This document shows, one piece after another, positions 35,980-51,180 of a DNA stretch of 64,000 bases; the stretch's first letter is position 1, and the number at the start of each line of letters is the position of its first letter. The DNA lies in contig OZ024742.1 of NCBI GenBank assembly GCA_964016885.1, positions 113,956,001 through 114,020,000 of the forward strand, written 5' to 3'. This DNA is from Eledone cirrhosa. Lineage: Eukaryota. The notes under the pieces are model-generated. The model was given only the letters and a program-made list of their open reading frames with translations, was not told the origin of the DNA and made no database searches. Both the position numbers and the translations under genes were made by a program.

Positions 35980-38948
35980 GGCTTTATTTAAAGTACTGAC
36001 AATTGTTTCGTTGATCATGTGGTCTAGATTTCGCTAATCACTTGATGTTGCGTTATTCGATCTCCAATACATGATTCACCTATGGTCAACACATTATAGT
36101 ACGTATATATGAAAAGAATTCACCCGAGGCAAGATTATATAGAGAAATAGCGTATAATTAAAACAATAACATCAAAAATAAAATAACGTATAATCTAAAC
36201 AATACATCAATAATAATACATGTATGGTAAATAGGTAGCGAAGTTACAGATGTAAAAAGTAAAAGTAGAATATAAGATAGGGTACAAAAATGTAAGAACA
36301 TGAGAGAATGGAAAATATAAAGAGATAAACAAATGAGAGCTTGTAAGTACATAGTTGTAGTTTTTGAGTAAGTGTTTTTATAAGGATTCGTTGGTTGGAA
36401 ACTAGATTCGAGATGTACATAGATACGTGTAGGGGTTCCGATAAAAGAGACAATAAATTAGAGATTAATTGCTTGATGTATGTATGATATTTAACCTTTG
36501 TTGTAAATGTTTTGCTGATTGTTCTATCTTAATGGGGTTGATGTTGTTTCAGGGAGAGAGGGTAAAAGCAATGTTCAGCGATTTATGATCCAGTGACCAT
36601 TCGGCCGTTTGATAGATAATACCAGTGCAATAGTGTATATTCTATATGTTAAAAGCTAGGTGGTTCAGTATTAATTTTGGGATTGCTGTTTCAATACATG
36701 GTAGTTTAAAGTTTGTGAATCTAGTAGCTATTTTATGTCTAAAGAAATTATATCTTTCTATTTTGCTGTTAAGTAGCATCCCATCGTACCTTAAAATATG
36801 TAGTAGTTCTGATTACAAAGCCCACAGTGGGACATACCGTTACTGTCGGATTCGCTAACGATAATTTTGAACATCTGATCTTAACTTTTAGGTTTCTGTC
36901 CTTAAGCTGCCAGATTTTATTGGCTAGCATCGTATAGCTCTCCAGTGCGCGGTTTTTCATGGAGTGTTTGTGGACGTACAACCTTGTCTTAAACTCCCCA
37001 GCTGTGCAACCTATGTAGTGCCAGGTAGAATTGCCTGAATCCACAGTAAACCGGTATACCATACTTGAATCCAGGCATCTATTCTGTAGTGAGCACTTAT
37101 CCGGTAGGTGGCAATTACAATTTGAGGTTTTATTTTCTGCAGGTTTATCGTTGCGGTTTTGTAAGTTGTTGTGGGTGGGTTGTGATTTAGGCCTATTAAT
37201 GTTTTGTTGCGATGTGTGCTGATGCGTTTGTGGTTGTGATGTTGTTATGTGTTTGTGTTTTGTATTTGGTGCTATTGTGCGTGTTGGTAGGTTAATTTCT
37301 TTAGAGATATTTTTGTGGTTGATCTTACGTATGCGCGATTCTATGTTGGCTGCAGTATAGTAGGACAGTTTTATAGTTTTTTCTATTGAAGATTTAATGG
37401 CATTTGTGTAGTGCAGGGAAGTGCTTATCTATTAGTTTAAAGAATGTAGAATGTAGTTTAGTTTCTATAGAGGACTTGAATATTGAATTGAACCATAGGT
37501 ACTTTCTATCTCTGGATATTCTATAGTGTTTAGGGGTCCTTATATTAGTGTTCTGTTCGGTTATTTTTGATGCTCGTTGTCTAACTCTCTGTTTAGTCCT
37601 ATGCTTGTTATTTTTATATGAGCTGTTAGTGTTGGGGTTGTTAGGTTTGTTATTGTCTCTATCTAGTACGTATTCAATCTTCTCTTTATGTCCAGCCTTA
37701 TGTAAAGCTATGTTATAATGGTTTGCGTGTTCGTTAAAAGTTTCTAGGTTCGAAGATAGGCGGGATATTCTGAGGGATATACTATGTGCTATGGAGTTAA
37801 TTATGGATAGGGGTGGTTTGAGTTATAACTAATGTAGGCTAGATTTTCGTTATTCTTATGGAAGGGTTCTATTAATCCTGTGTTTAGGTTGAGAGTAACA
37901 TCTAAGAAATTCGCTTTTTTAGAGTTAAGTTCGAAAGTGATACATAGGCCTAGTTTTTTGAAGAATACTCTAATGTATTTTCTTAATCTTTCCATGTTCT
38001 GATTGTTTAAGTTTTTGGCTAGAAGGAGTGTATCGTCTCTGTAAATTCCTCCTTGGAGGTTATTGAATTCCTTATGTAAGTTGTGCGCTATATATATTCC
38101 CACCAAGTGCGTTATTTGCGCTGAGTCGTTAGATCCCATTGTGATATCGAAGCTATTCTGTCTGTTTTTTTCGTTTCCTGTAACTATTTTCGAATCTCAT
38201 GATAGTCCTTCTAGCAGCTAATTTTATTTTAATTTCATCCGAGGTAAGGTCCGAATTGTTTGGGGCAAAGTTTAGCGCGTTAAACAAGGTGACTGGGGAT
38301 ATGGATGAGTAGTAGTCCTTAATGTCGAATTGTATGAAGTTGGACGTTTCTCTACTGTTTATTTTGCTGTACCACTCTATTGCTTCGTTAGTGTTACTCC
38401 ATAGCTTAATTACTAGTTTGTTCTTAATTTGTGCGATTACTCTATCTAGTATGTACTTGCTAATTCTACCGATATCCGACTAATTGTGGGGTCTGTTTCG
38501 AAATTATTTTTGGGATCCTTTATGTTAAATGTAGAGTTAAAGGGCGTTAGCGGCTCGGTTCTATCAGCTATTTTCAGTTTGTTTACTATGCTAAGTCCTT
38601 CCTTATTAATGCTAATGAGTGGAGATACTGTTGTTTTTTGTATTTCTTGTGCAATTCCCGGCGTATAGAATTTCTATATATATTGATTGTATTGACCATA
38701 TTTACGATACATCTATTATTATTGATATTATTGTTTAGATTATACGGTATTTTATTATTGATGTTATTGTTTTAATTATAGGATATTCCTCTATATAAGT
38801 CTTGCCCCGGGTGAATTATTTTCATATCTACATACTCTGAATAAGGGGAATAACGTATTGGAGATCGAATAACGCAACATCAAGCGATTAGTGAACTCTA
38901 GACCCACATGATCAACGAAACAATTGTGACTACTTGAAACAAAGCCCT
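35980..38948 (-). mobile_element. Penelope-like element (RT + C-terminal GIY-YIG, Naiad-like), frameshifted, bounded by ~180-bp inverted repeats
   Basis: FIQFDIKDYYSSI, MGSNDSAQI..LVG, GIYRDD, NFLDVTLNL, SNHP and VYRFTV...YIGCT..EFKTRLY.H. 35980-36155 is inverted at 38763-38948. Confidence 0.88.
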
Positions 38949-38992
38949 TTTTGTACGGTCAACCATATCAATCTTCATTCTTTAACTATATA

Positions 38993-40550
<1,558 letters not shown>

Positions 40551-42453
40551 GCCGGTGTTGTAGAAGATATTAGTAAAACTAGTATTATATAAAGACACGA
40601 TCTTCCTTGCTCAAGCTTATATAACTACGACACGTGTCACATGTACAACGAACAGTGAGTACGGAAAATGTGTGTTCTGCTTCTGGCTATTAGAAATATA
40701 TTTTGTATATTAATATTTATAGCGGATCATTATGGAATGGGTCTAGGTAAATCCAGTGTTCTTTTTCATTTCTTACAAGATTCAATTCATATCGAATATC
40801 TGTATAATGTTATCATAGAACGAAGGGTATATTTTGTTGGAGAATCTAATATTTCGTTTTTATAATGAGTGATTTACTTTCAAATGACGTACTTTTTTAA
40901 ATTCAATATGATGCTATTTTAGACAATTTGACTGTTATCTCTAGCCCACTTCAAAATCATAAATGTCCTCACGTTTCTTTTGGCGCTAAACGTGAGTCCT
41001 GAAAACTGAGCAACATTAACAATTTCAACGTTAACAATGTTGTATGTGTGTCGGCCAATAATGTTTGTGTTAATGAGTCGATTTCTGTCTAATTGTACTA
41101 TGCAACATTACCTGAATACAAAGTAGCTAACGGATCAATTATTGACGTCTCACCTTCCTCTTAATTCACAAACTGCTGGGACCAATCTGTCATTTCATCG
41201 TTTTTAGAATAAGTCATAGAATTTTGATACATTAGAAGAAGAGATAACTTCAGTCTTTCTTCTTGCTTCAGAATTCAAATTAGCATTTGTTACATCATTT
41301 TTGCCAGTTCTCTATAAATTCGTGTGGGTGGCTGTGGCCAAGTTCTAGTGCAGACGATGTTGGTGATGATGACGACGTCGCCAATAACGGAAATGACACT
41401 TTTGTCCGTAACGCCAAATTATTTGTGTGTTTTTATCCTAGTTGTGTAATAGTGTTATGAAGTTTCGAAGATACTTCTAAATGCCTAGTTTGGATTATTT
41501 TTAATCCGAAAACAAGTGTGTTAATTTATGTTAGTTGCAAAATTAAACTGTGCCGATTGAAAAGCCGAATCATATTTTAAACAATCTAGGTTAATATGAA
41601 CAGTGCGTGTGCACACATTATTTAACATGGATTATTGCAGTTTCAGAGCAATATATATTCATATGTGTTTATATACATATGTCTATATATATCTTGTTTT
41701 CCCAGCGAAACTCCATTATAGCTCTGGAGACCAGCTGCATTTTTCTGTAAAAGAGGATGTTTGGCAAGTATTCTTTTTTTTTATTTGAGACAGCGTAATA
41801 TGCTTTAATAGAGAGCAAGCCACAAAACAGAGCTGAATCTACAGAAGAGTCCTTATTGTGTAGAGTTTATATGTAAAAGTATAGGCGTAAATGTTAATAT
41901 TGAAATTTTCGAAATATTATCAAAAAATTATATTTTACTGAAAAGTAAGAGTGGGGAACTTGTGGCAGGAAGTAAGGTATGTTAATGTTATGAGATATTT
42001 GTTTCTACTTTTGGCACAAGGTCAGCAATTGCCCAATGCATTACTGGTACTTTATTTTATCGACCCCGTAAGGATGATAGGCAAATTTAACCTCGGCGGG
42101 ATTTGAAATCAGAATATTATGAGATAATTGTACAAGTTATCAATCGACTAAATACATGTCGGCTTATCTCTGTAGTAATACCTACAAGCAACAGTTATAT
42201 GTTGTAAATGAATAGGGTGAGTCGACATAGAAACATTACCAAATATACTTGACTGACACACGCATACACATATATACACGTAAATTCACGTGTATACTAT
42301 CACTTTCACCCGCACATAGATACATAGTACATAGAAATATATCAAATATATAATATATATATGTATATATTTATGTATATATATATATACTACTTGGCAA
42401 ATAACTATATGTATCACCTATCCCCCCTTTTTTTCTCTTTCTCGATACGTAAA

Positions 42454-42486
<33 letters not shown>

Positions 42487-42489
<3 letters not shown>

Positions 42490-43520
42490 ATAAATTATCG
42501 AGATTCGCATTTCGGCCCACGAAATAACGCAAAACAACATCCGAGATATGAGGCAAGTGCTCAGTGATGCAGATGAACCAGATCTATAACAAACATTAAA
42601 GGCCATACACATTGAGACGATGGTTAAACAATCATTCGCAGAGCAAAAAAAAAACGATCAAGTAATTCGAGTATTGAAAATTTTCCCGGACCCCTGGATG
42701 GTTGGTAAAATCCAGTATTTGGGTTTCTGCGGCTCCTAAATCGAGTACCGTCCGCTTACATAAATAATGTCAGGCTTCTGGTAAGATGATTGAACAAGGA
42801 AGCCACTTTCTCAACAGGTTTTAGTTCAATGTTAATACAAGGACTGACTATTGGTGACTCCACGTGGAGATCGGCAAGGGTGGCAGCCCCTATATCAGGC
42901 GAATAAATTCAGTTGTGTATATTTTTGCAAGAATGCAAAAACATCACAAATCGAATACAGTTTTCAACAGTAGGGTTAACATTAACATAAGCTATTCATC
43001 AGTCATTAGAATCAACTAAAAAAATCAAGAAAATTAACTTGTCAATAGCTAGAGTCTGGAGATAAATGCAAACATAAATTATCGAGATTCGCATTTCGGC
43101 CCACGAAATAACGAAAAACAATCTCCGAGGTGTGAGGCAAGTGCTCAATGATTCAGATGAACCAGAGCTATAACAAACGTTAAAGGCCAAACACACTGAG
43201 ACGATGGTTAAACAATCATTCGCATAGCCAACAAAACGATCAAGTAATTTGGGTATTGAAAATTTACCCGGACCCCTGGAAGATTGGTAAAATCCAGTAT
43301 TTGGGTTTCTGCGGCTCTTAAATCAAGTACCGTCCGCTTACATAAATAATGTCAGGCTTGTGGTAAGATGATTACAAGGAAGCCACTTTCTCTATAGGTT
43401 TTTGTTCAATGTTAATACAAGGACTGACTATTGCTTATTCCACGTGGGGATTGGCAAGGGAGGCAGCCCCTATATCAGGCGAATGAATTCAGTTGTGTAT
43501 AGTTTTGCAAGAATGCAAAA

Positions 43521-43525
<5 letters not shown>
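42487..43525. repeat. ~585-bp tandem duplication (about 1.8 copies) between (TA)n tracts
   Basis: aacataaattatcgagattcgcatttcggcccacg occurs at ~42487 and ~43071. Confidence 0.9.
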
Positions 43526-43596
<71 letters not shown>

Positions 43597-43728
43597 TATA
43601 TTTATATATATATATTGTTATATTTTGGGAGGGTCATGTTGCCAAAGTATAACGATCCCAAAGTATAACAATATCGGTTTCAACACACGATTTCAGATAA
43701 AGAATCTTGCTAAACAAATTCAGAAACG

Positions 43729-43765
<37 letters not shown>

Positions 43766-43769
43766 GGAA

Positions 43770-44530
43770 AAATGTGAACAGGGACAAAACAGAGAGGCAG
43801 TACAACGAATGTTTATTAATTTCACGCTCTGGAGAGTGGGGTGTTGGTGGGGGACGGCGTTTCGGGCATAAGCGCTTCCTCAGGTGAGAAGTGTGTGGGA
43901 ACAGAGTTCAAAGGGTGTGCAGGGGAGTGGTGGAGAGACATATAGCGAAAGGAAACGGTGCGAATGAAAAAGATAATAAAATGAAAAAATAAAGCATGAT
44001 CAAAATACAAGGAATGAAATAAATTTAAATATAAAAGCATGATCAAAATAAACTGAAATTAAAAGGGGGGTAAAACAGGTGGTGGAATGGTGTGGGGTGT
44101 GTAGTGGTGGTGGCGGGTGGAGTGGGGAGAGGGAGACAGGGTGTCTGAGCGGGGAGGGCTGAAGGTGGTGTGTGTGTGTAGGTGTACGTGTGTGTGTGTG
44201 TGTGTGTATGTGAAAGTAAGGGTTGGGGAAGAACGGGGGTTGCATGTTCAGGAAGAGGTGTTGTGTGGGGGAGGGGGGAGGGGTCGGGGGGTCGGAGTGT
44301 CTGTTAGTGTGTGAATAGAGGGGGGGAATCAGGAGGCTAAGGGTGTAAATATGTGGTGGAAAGCACGTGTGTGTGGGGTTTAAGCGTGTTGTGGGTGTAG
44401 GTGGCGTGTGGAGAAAAACAATTGTTTGGGGTGTGTGTGTGGGTGAGTTATATAGGTGATTACGTAAGAGGATGGTTGAAAAGTTGGTAAAATCCGAAGG
44501 TGTTTAGTGGATTCTGTGGTGGTCAATTTC
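43770..44530 (-). mobile_element. Probable PLE 3' tail with degenerate hammerhead (43852-43883)
   Basis: Reverse complement reads CTGAGGA-agcgcttatgccc-GAAAC-gcc-GTC. Stem I is not intact. The tail is C/A-rich. Confidence 0.4.
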
Positions 44531-44544
44531 TGCGTGCGAGTATT

Positions 44545-44930
<386 letters not shown>

Positions 44931-45099
44931 TATTAAGGATACTATTTATGGTTATCCATATACAAAAACCTTTTGTAGTTATATATATTTTTATAAACTC
45001 TAAATAGTGATAGGTAGTAATATATTACTACCTTATTACCAGTATGTTAAATAGCTCAATGTAATAACATCAGTTGTTTTACAGAGCAGTTATATGTAA

Positions 45100-47130
45100 G
45101 TCATAAGAATCAAAGTTCTGTTCAAATCATTTATATGCTTACAATTGTTTCCTCCAAACCGAGGTTTGGATTCTACGGAGCGATTTGTTAATGAATGATC
45201 ACATATATGACCTCCTTTTCAACCCAAGAGACATACAGATACATATGCAAATATTGTTGCTTGGTGGGTCCACATCCATTATAACATTTAGCGTGGCAGT
45301 ATATATTTAAAGATTACATTCATATCAAAAGAGGATAAAATTAAAAATTAAAGTTAAAATACAACATGAAATTAATGCGATAGGATAGTCAGAAGCAGTT
45401 AGTTTGTGCACTAGTTACACGTGTGGCAAGCACGTGTGTCTTATTTATATAATACTATAGTGCGGCAGGGTGTTACATGTAATACAAGCACTTAAGCGGG
45501 TAATCAAAAGTATTAAGGGGGTTGAACTGGTAATGTATCTTTTATATGAATGTTATCGAAGCTTGTGTGTAGAGAAATATTATAAATATTAAAAATATTA
45601 CAACTGTGTAGCAAAGCGATGATATGGTTTTCGTGTACAGCACCATTTTCACAGTCCGGATAGCGTAATATCTAGATTACATGCCCCTCACATAATCCAC
45701 GACGATTCAATATTGGACGTTTGATGATTCTGTTAGAGTATCATAGTTTGTTGGTCTTTAGTCCAATATAGCAGGTTGTTTAAGTTGCGAGAATCAACAT
45801 CGTATTATTTTCCGTAAGTGTGTGTGTGACTAAGGGGAGTTAATGAGTGAGGGGAGGTAACTCACTGATTTCTATAACTAAATATACATTAAATGGTGTC
45901 TCAAAAGAGTCCTTATTGTATATGGTTATAAACAGTTTATAAAAATTTAAAGTGTCATATCTATAATGTAACCTATCAAAAAGTATTAAAGGTGTTCATA
46001 TTAGGGTGATTATCCTCCATTATAGAGTGCCACAATTGAATATTTCACACGAAGAGCCAGATCTCCAAATCAATGATCATTGTAATTGTAGTCTACTCGT
46101 AGAACCTGGCAGGGTTATTATAGAATCACTTCTACATATAATAATTCCTGGTAAGCTCTGGGTCAGTGCATGTCAGATTGTATGTGAAAGTTAACTATCA
46201 CTAGGGTAGACCAGAGGTCAAACCTCACTTACCATGTCACTAATCTGACCATCAATTCATGCATATATGAACAACTCATACGCTACTTGCATTTCATTCA
46301 CTACACTCAGCACATAGGTTATATAGCTCATCAATGTTACTAAATTAATTAGTCTTCCACTTATCCAACGATGGTACTCCATCCACAGAACACCAACAGT
46401 ACAATCAATTCGATGTTTAAATCTTACATTTATTATATAGTGGTGTAATGTAGTTCAAGCAATTGAAGGCAGTCACACCGAAAGTAGATGTACAAAGGGG
46501 TATTCCTACTGTAAAGGGTTCTAGAGGGATGTCACTATTTGTGTTATATTGGATCAATGAGTGTGGGGATGTGGTATAAGGTGTGCCCTTGGGGTTTGAT
46601 GCTAGAGGTGGTGCCTGGTTCAAGTCTGACATTGCTATATATTGGGTTTAAAGTTTTGGAAGGAATGTCGGAAGCCGTGCTCGCAAGACGCGAACACTCG
46701 GATTTTTTGTTAAGTAGGTTATGGTTAGAGAAGATAATAGTATGGGCCTCTAGTAGACAGAGGTTACAAAATGTATTAGGTGGTTTGTACGAAGTCGCGC
46801 TACCTATCGCTTCCCATTTAAGTGTGTAAGATTTAATTTTAACTATCCTATCGCATTAATTTCATGTTGTATTTTAACTTTAATTTTTAATTTTATCCTC
46901 TTTTGATATGAATGTAATCTTTAAATAAATACTGCCAGGCTAAATGTTATAATGGATGTCGACCCACCAAGCAACAGTATTTGCATATGTATCTGTATGT
47001 CACTTGGGTTGAAAAGGTGGTCATATATGTGATCATTCATTAATAAATTGCTCCGTAGAATCCAAACCTCGGTTTGGAGGAAACAATTGTAAGCATATAA
47101 ATGATTTGAACAGAACTTTGATTCATATAA

Positions 47131-47132
<2 letters not shown>
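45100..47132. mobile_element. Element bounded by ~290-bp inverted repeats carrying a hammerhead-like fold; interior unassigned
   Basis: 45100-45390 is inverted at 46842-47132, with (TA)n tracts outside. Confidence 0.65.
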
Positions 47133-47174
<42 letters not shown>

Positions 47175-47410
47175 AAAGAATAGAGGTGTAACACACGAGT
47201 TATGATATATAGGTAAACGGAAAGGAAAATGCTGACAAATTGTTCCCAGTGAAAAATACTTTACTTAGGAATAAGTAAACATTAGTAATAGTATTGGTTA
47301 GTATTCAGTTTTGGTTTTTAATTTTACCGGTTGCGCATTTCTAATGCTTTTCAAAAATAATGTTGAGATAGAGCGCCCGTGATGTTTGATCTAGAGCAAA
47401 TATCACGGGA

Positions 47411-48285
47411 GCAAATAAGAAAAAGTTTTAAAATACATTTTAAAAAGTTCAATATGCCTGGTGTAATTACCTTTATCGTGCGATTTCGAGTATCAAAAAT
47501 AAATGGATAATCCATGCGAAAATCCATTGAAAAGGAAGACTCCCGTCAGAGGGCTTTTTCGCTCGGAGAATATAAAATTCCCGTGTTCAAATCACGACCT
47601 GGCGCCATTCAAAATTGCACCCGAGATGAGAGAGTATGATGAAGAAGCAATTCTGTCTAGTGCCGGGTGTAAAGATAGAAGGCAGGGTAAGAAAGGTCAA
47701 TCTACTGCCAATAGAAATAGCAGCAGTTAAAACGATCAAAATGTTATCTCGACCAGGGGAGATAATAATAATAAAGTAAGTATCCCTACATGCAAAATAC
47801 ATATAGGGACACAAGTATTATCCAACCGTATGCCAATGTGGTTCTATGTCAGGTTAATAAATTAACGAGCCAGAACATATATAATCAAGGTTTAGCAAAT
47901 AAGAAAAAGTATTAAAATAAATTTTAAAAAGTTCACTGTACCTGCTATAATTACCCTTACCTACGGTTTCATGTTTCAAAATAAATGGATAATCCATGCG
48001 GAAATCCATTGAAAAGGAATGTTCTCGTCAGAGCGTTCTTTTCGCTCGGAAAATATAAAATACCAGAGTTCAAATCACGACATGACGACATTCAAAATTG
48101 CTCCCGAGATGAGAGTGTATGATGGAGAAGCAATTCTGTCTAGTGCTGTGTGTAAAGATAGAAGGCAAAGGCGGAAGGTAAATCTACTGCCACTAGAAAT
48201 AGCAGCAGTTAAAACGACCAAAATGGTATCTCGACCAGGGGAGATAATAATAATAAAGTATGAATCCCTACATGCAAAATACAAG

Positions 48286-48290
<5 letters not shown>
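47411..48290 (-). repeat. ~484-bp tandem duplication, each copy with a decayed hammerhead on the minus strand (47469-47554, 47953-48036)
   Basis: gcaaataagaaaaagt occurs at 47411 and 47895. The inferred consensus is accct-CTGACGA-gagt...actc-GAAAC-cgtacg-GTA-agggt. Confidence 0.8.
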
Positions 48291-48357
<67 letters not shown>

Positions 48358-48375
48358 ATGTATATATATATATAA

Positions 48376-48459
<84 letters not shown>

Positions 48460-48464
<5 letters not shown>

Positions 48465-49175
48465 TGTATACGTACATACATATATGTATACAGACGTACA
48501 GTAGTATGTATACATATATATACATGCATCCACACATATATATATGTACGTATGGATTCACCGAACATTTATTATGATGCTCGGTGTGTTTGTAAACAAA
48601 CATCTCGAATTAAGCCGTACAGTGTCTAGCAACCATCGTTGCTCATTTGTTCAACACTGACAAAGGAATGTTGTACTAGTTTCAAGCTTATTAGCTATCG
48701 TCAGCAACAGTATACCTTCCTGCCAGATGATTAAACGTCTGAAATTATGCATATTAACGGCTGAACAGCCTAATTTGCATATCCAGTGAGTTAATCGGCC
48801 GAGCGCACCGTAAACGACAAACGGAAAACATGAAACGAAATTTAATTTCTCACACTTAGTACGGTTGTTACTTAAAATAACATTTCCATAACGATAAACG
48901 GAAAAACATGCATACTATTGTACGTATGTATACATATATGTATGTACGGCTGCTCAGCCGTTAATATGTATAAGGAAAGTATATACTTTCAGACGTACAA
49001 TCATCTGGCAGGAAGGTATACGTTGCTGACGATAGCAAATAAGCTTAAAACTAGTAGAGCGTTCCTTTGTAGGTGTTAAAAAAAAGAGCAACTATGGTTG
49101 CTAGACACTGTACGGCTTAATTAGGGATGTTTTGTTTACAAACACACCGAGCATTATAATAAATGTTCGGTGAAA
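48460..49175. repeat. Diverged relative of the 468-bp unit in head-to-head arrangement; HHR at 48669-48709 (-) and 49021-49061 (+)
   Basis: Shares aaggaat.ttg.actagtttc...tc.tcagcaa, ctaatttgcata and gaaacgaaatt.aatttc blocks with the 468-bp unit. HHR reads tgttg-CTGACGA-tagct aata agctt-GAAAC-ta-GTA-caaca. Confidence 0.82.
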
Positions 49176-50445
49176 GATTCAGGATCCCGGCGGCTGTGTC
49201 CGGCTATTTTGACAGCTAGATCCACGTGTGTGTGAGTGTGTGTGTGTGTGTTTGTGTATGTGTGTCTATGTGTGCGTGTGTGAGTGAGTGTACATTGATG
49301 ATGTATTTTTATAGTGCAGATATATAACACACGGATCGGTGAAACTGCAGTCCGGACTTTCAAGAAAAAATGGGTATATTTTTGTTTAGTATTTCCTCAT
49401 TTAACAGCTCTGATTATGGAATTATATTAATTATATTCATTGTTTTAGCTCTATCGCTCAGCGTGCAAAATGTGTTAAGGCGGACACCTCATATACACAT
49501 ATAGATATTAATATATCTGTGTATTTCATTATTATATTTACCAAACTCCTCTATGGTCGAGTAATCGAAGAGCGTAATAACAGTTATTTCTAGCAAAAAT
49601 GTTATTCGCTCATTGTCCACATTACTACACTTCCGTGACCATTCTATCCTGTGTTACTATATCACTCCGCCTATCGATAATTCCTCACTTGCGTCGAAAG
49701 AAACATTCCTTTTTTTAGAGATTGTATCACGTGTTAATTATTCCCTCCGCCTCTCGTGACTGTGTCATTTGCTACCAACGTTTCAAGTAATTCATATTTC
49801 TGAGGGGGTCCCACGGCGATGATGCATATTATAGAGCAGGACATTGTTGCGCATGGATCGGCGAAATTCAGTCGAGACTTTGAAGAAAAAATACGTATAT
49901 ATGTGTCTATTACTTCCACACAGTTTTTAATTTGATATATATATATTAATATATATATTGTTATACTTGGGTAGGGTCATATTGTTGTAATAATATTGCT
50001 GGAAATAATAACAGAACACACTCACTGTTTGGTTGGTTTTCGCCTCTGTATTATTTATTTCTCCCCAGTTAATTCATTTGGTCCACAATGTTTACCATTG
50101 ACTGACCAACGGTCAAAAATACACATATAATATAGATATAAACACATATATATAGTCTAACAAAGTATATATATATATATATATATATGTGCGTATGTGT
50201 CTGTGTGTGTGTATATATGTTGGTGACTGTGGCCTATATACTCTGGTCACAGACACACACACATATACACAGACATTCAGAAACCCTTCCTAATTAGCAG
50301 TAAATATTCGCTACATACATCGATTCATGACAAATATTATATGGTACATATAACTTAATGTTCAGTCACGAAATTCGGACCAGTTACAATAATGCTATAT
50401 TCGATTGTTCCATGTCACTTGTTATATTCATATTCAAGAACTTTG

Positions 50446-50580
<135 letters not shown>

Positions 50581-50699
50581 CAATATATATATATTTAAAT
50601 TCCAAACGAAAAAGCTTATAATTAAAGAATGCAGATGAACATGCACAGATGAGATGCCTTTCCCCCCTCATCGACCACCCTTCTACCTGGCCCCTCAGA

Positions 50700-51180
50700 A
50701 GTCGATCCTTCGTTTTTTAGTTCGCCTATAACCTAACCTCTCCATTTCACCCATTACCCTCCCTTATATTCAAGTGCATTTGTAATCTTCGGAATCTCCT
50801 TTTCCGCAACGCCCTTACGCCCGCAAGACATCTCCTTGACCACACCCCTGTTCTCGACTCCGCTACCATACATGCAGCTTTATCCCCACACCACCATGAT
50901 ATTCCGGGTTAGGAACTCCTTCAGCTTCACCTCCAGCAGCCATGTCTATGGACTCCATTGTACTCTTTTCTGAGGTATATACCTTGGTCATAATGCTCGT
51001 CGTCTAACTGACAGATTTGTTGTACACCTTATCCACACGTGGGTCGGCAACCCGTCTCCGATCTCCTGACATATTCAATCCGCCCGCCACTCGACTCACC
51101 GCATCAGTGACTTCGGGCTCGCACATTGTACCCGACATCCTGACGCACGTTGGCGGAGAGAAAAGCAACTTAATTTCTCC
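50700..51180 (+). mobile_element. Highly decayed PLE GIY-YIG fragment
   Basis: NLRNLLFR and FRVRNSFSFTSSSHVYGLHCTLF*GIYLGHNARRLTDRFVVHL resemble the VY...YIG...R.L..RF..H motif. Confidence 0.6.

Noticed and set aside
38880-38937. Hammerhead in the inverted termini of the 36-39 kb PLE
   Set aside because: Only the GAAAC-aatt-GT half is present; neither copy has CUGANGA.
49195-49358. GAAAC-tgca-GTC-cggac with an upstream gtccg as a hammerhead
   Set aside because: There is no CUGANGA after the putative stem I, and a microsatellite interrupts it.
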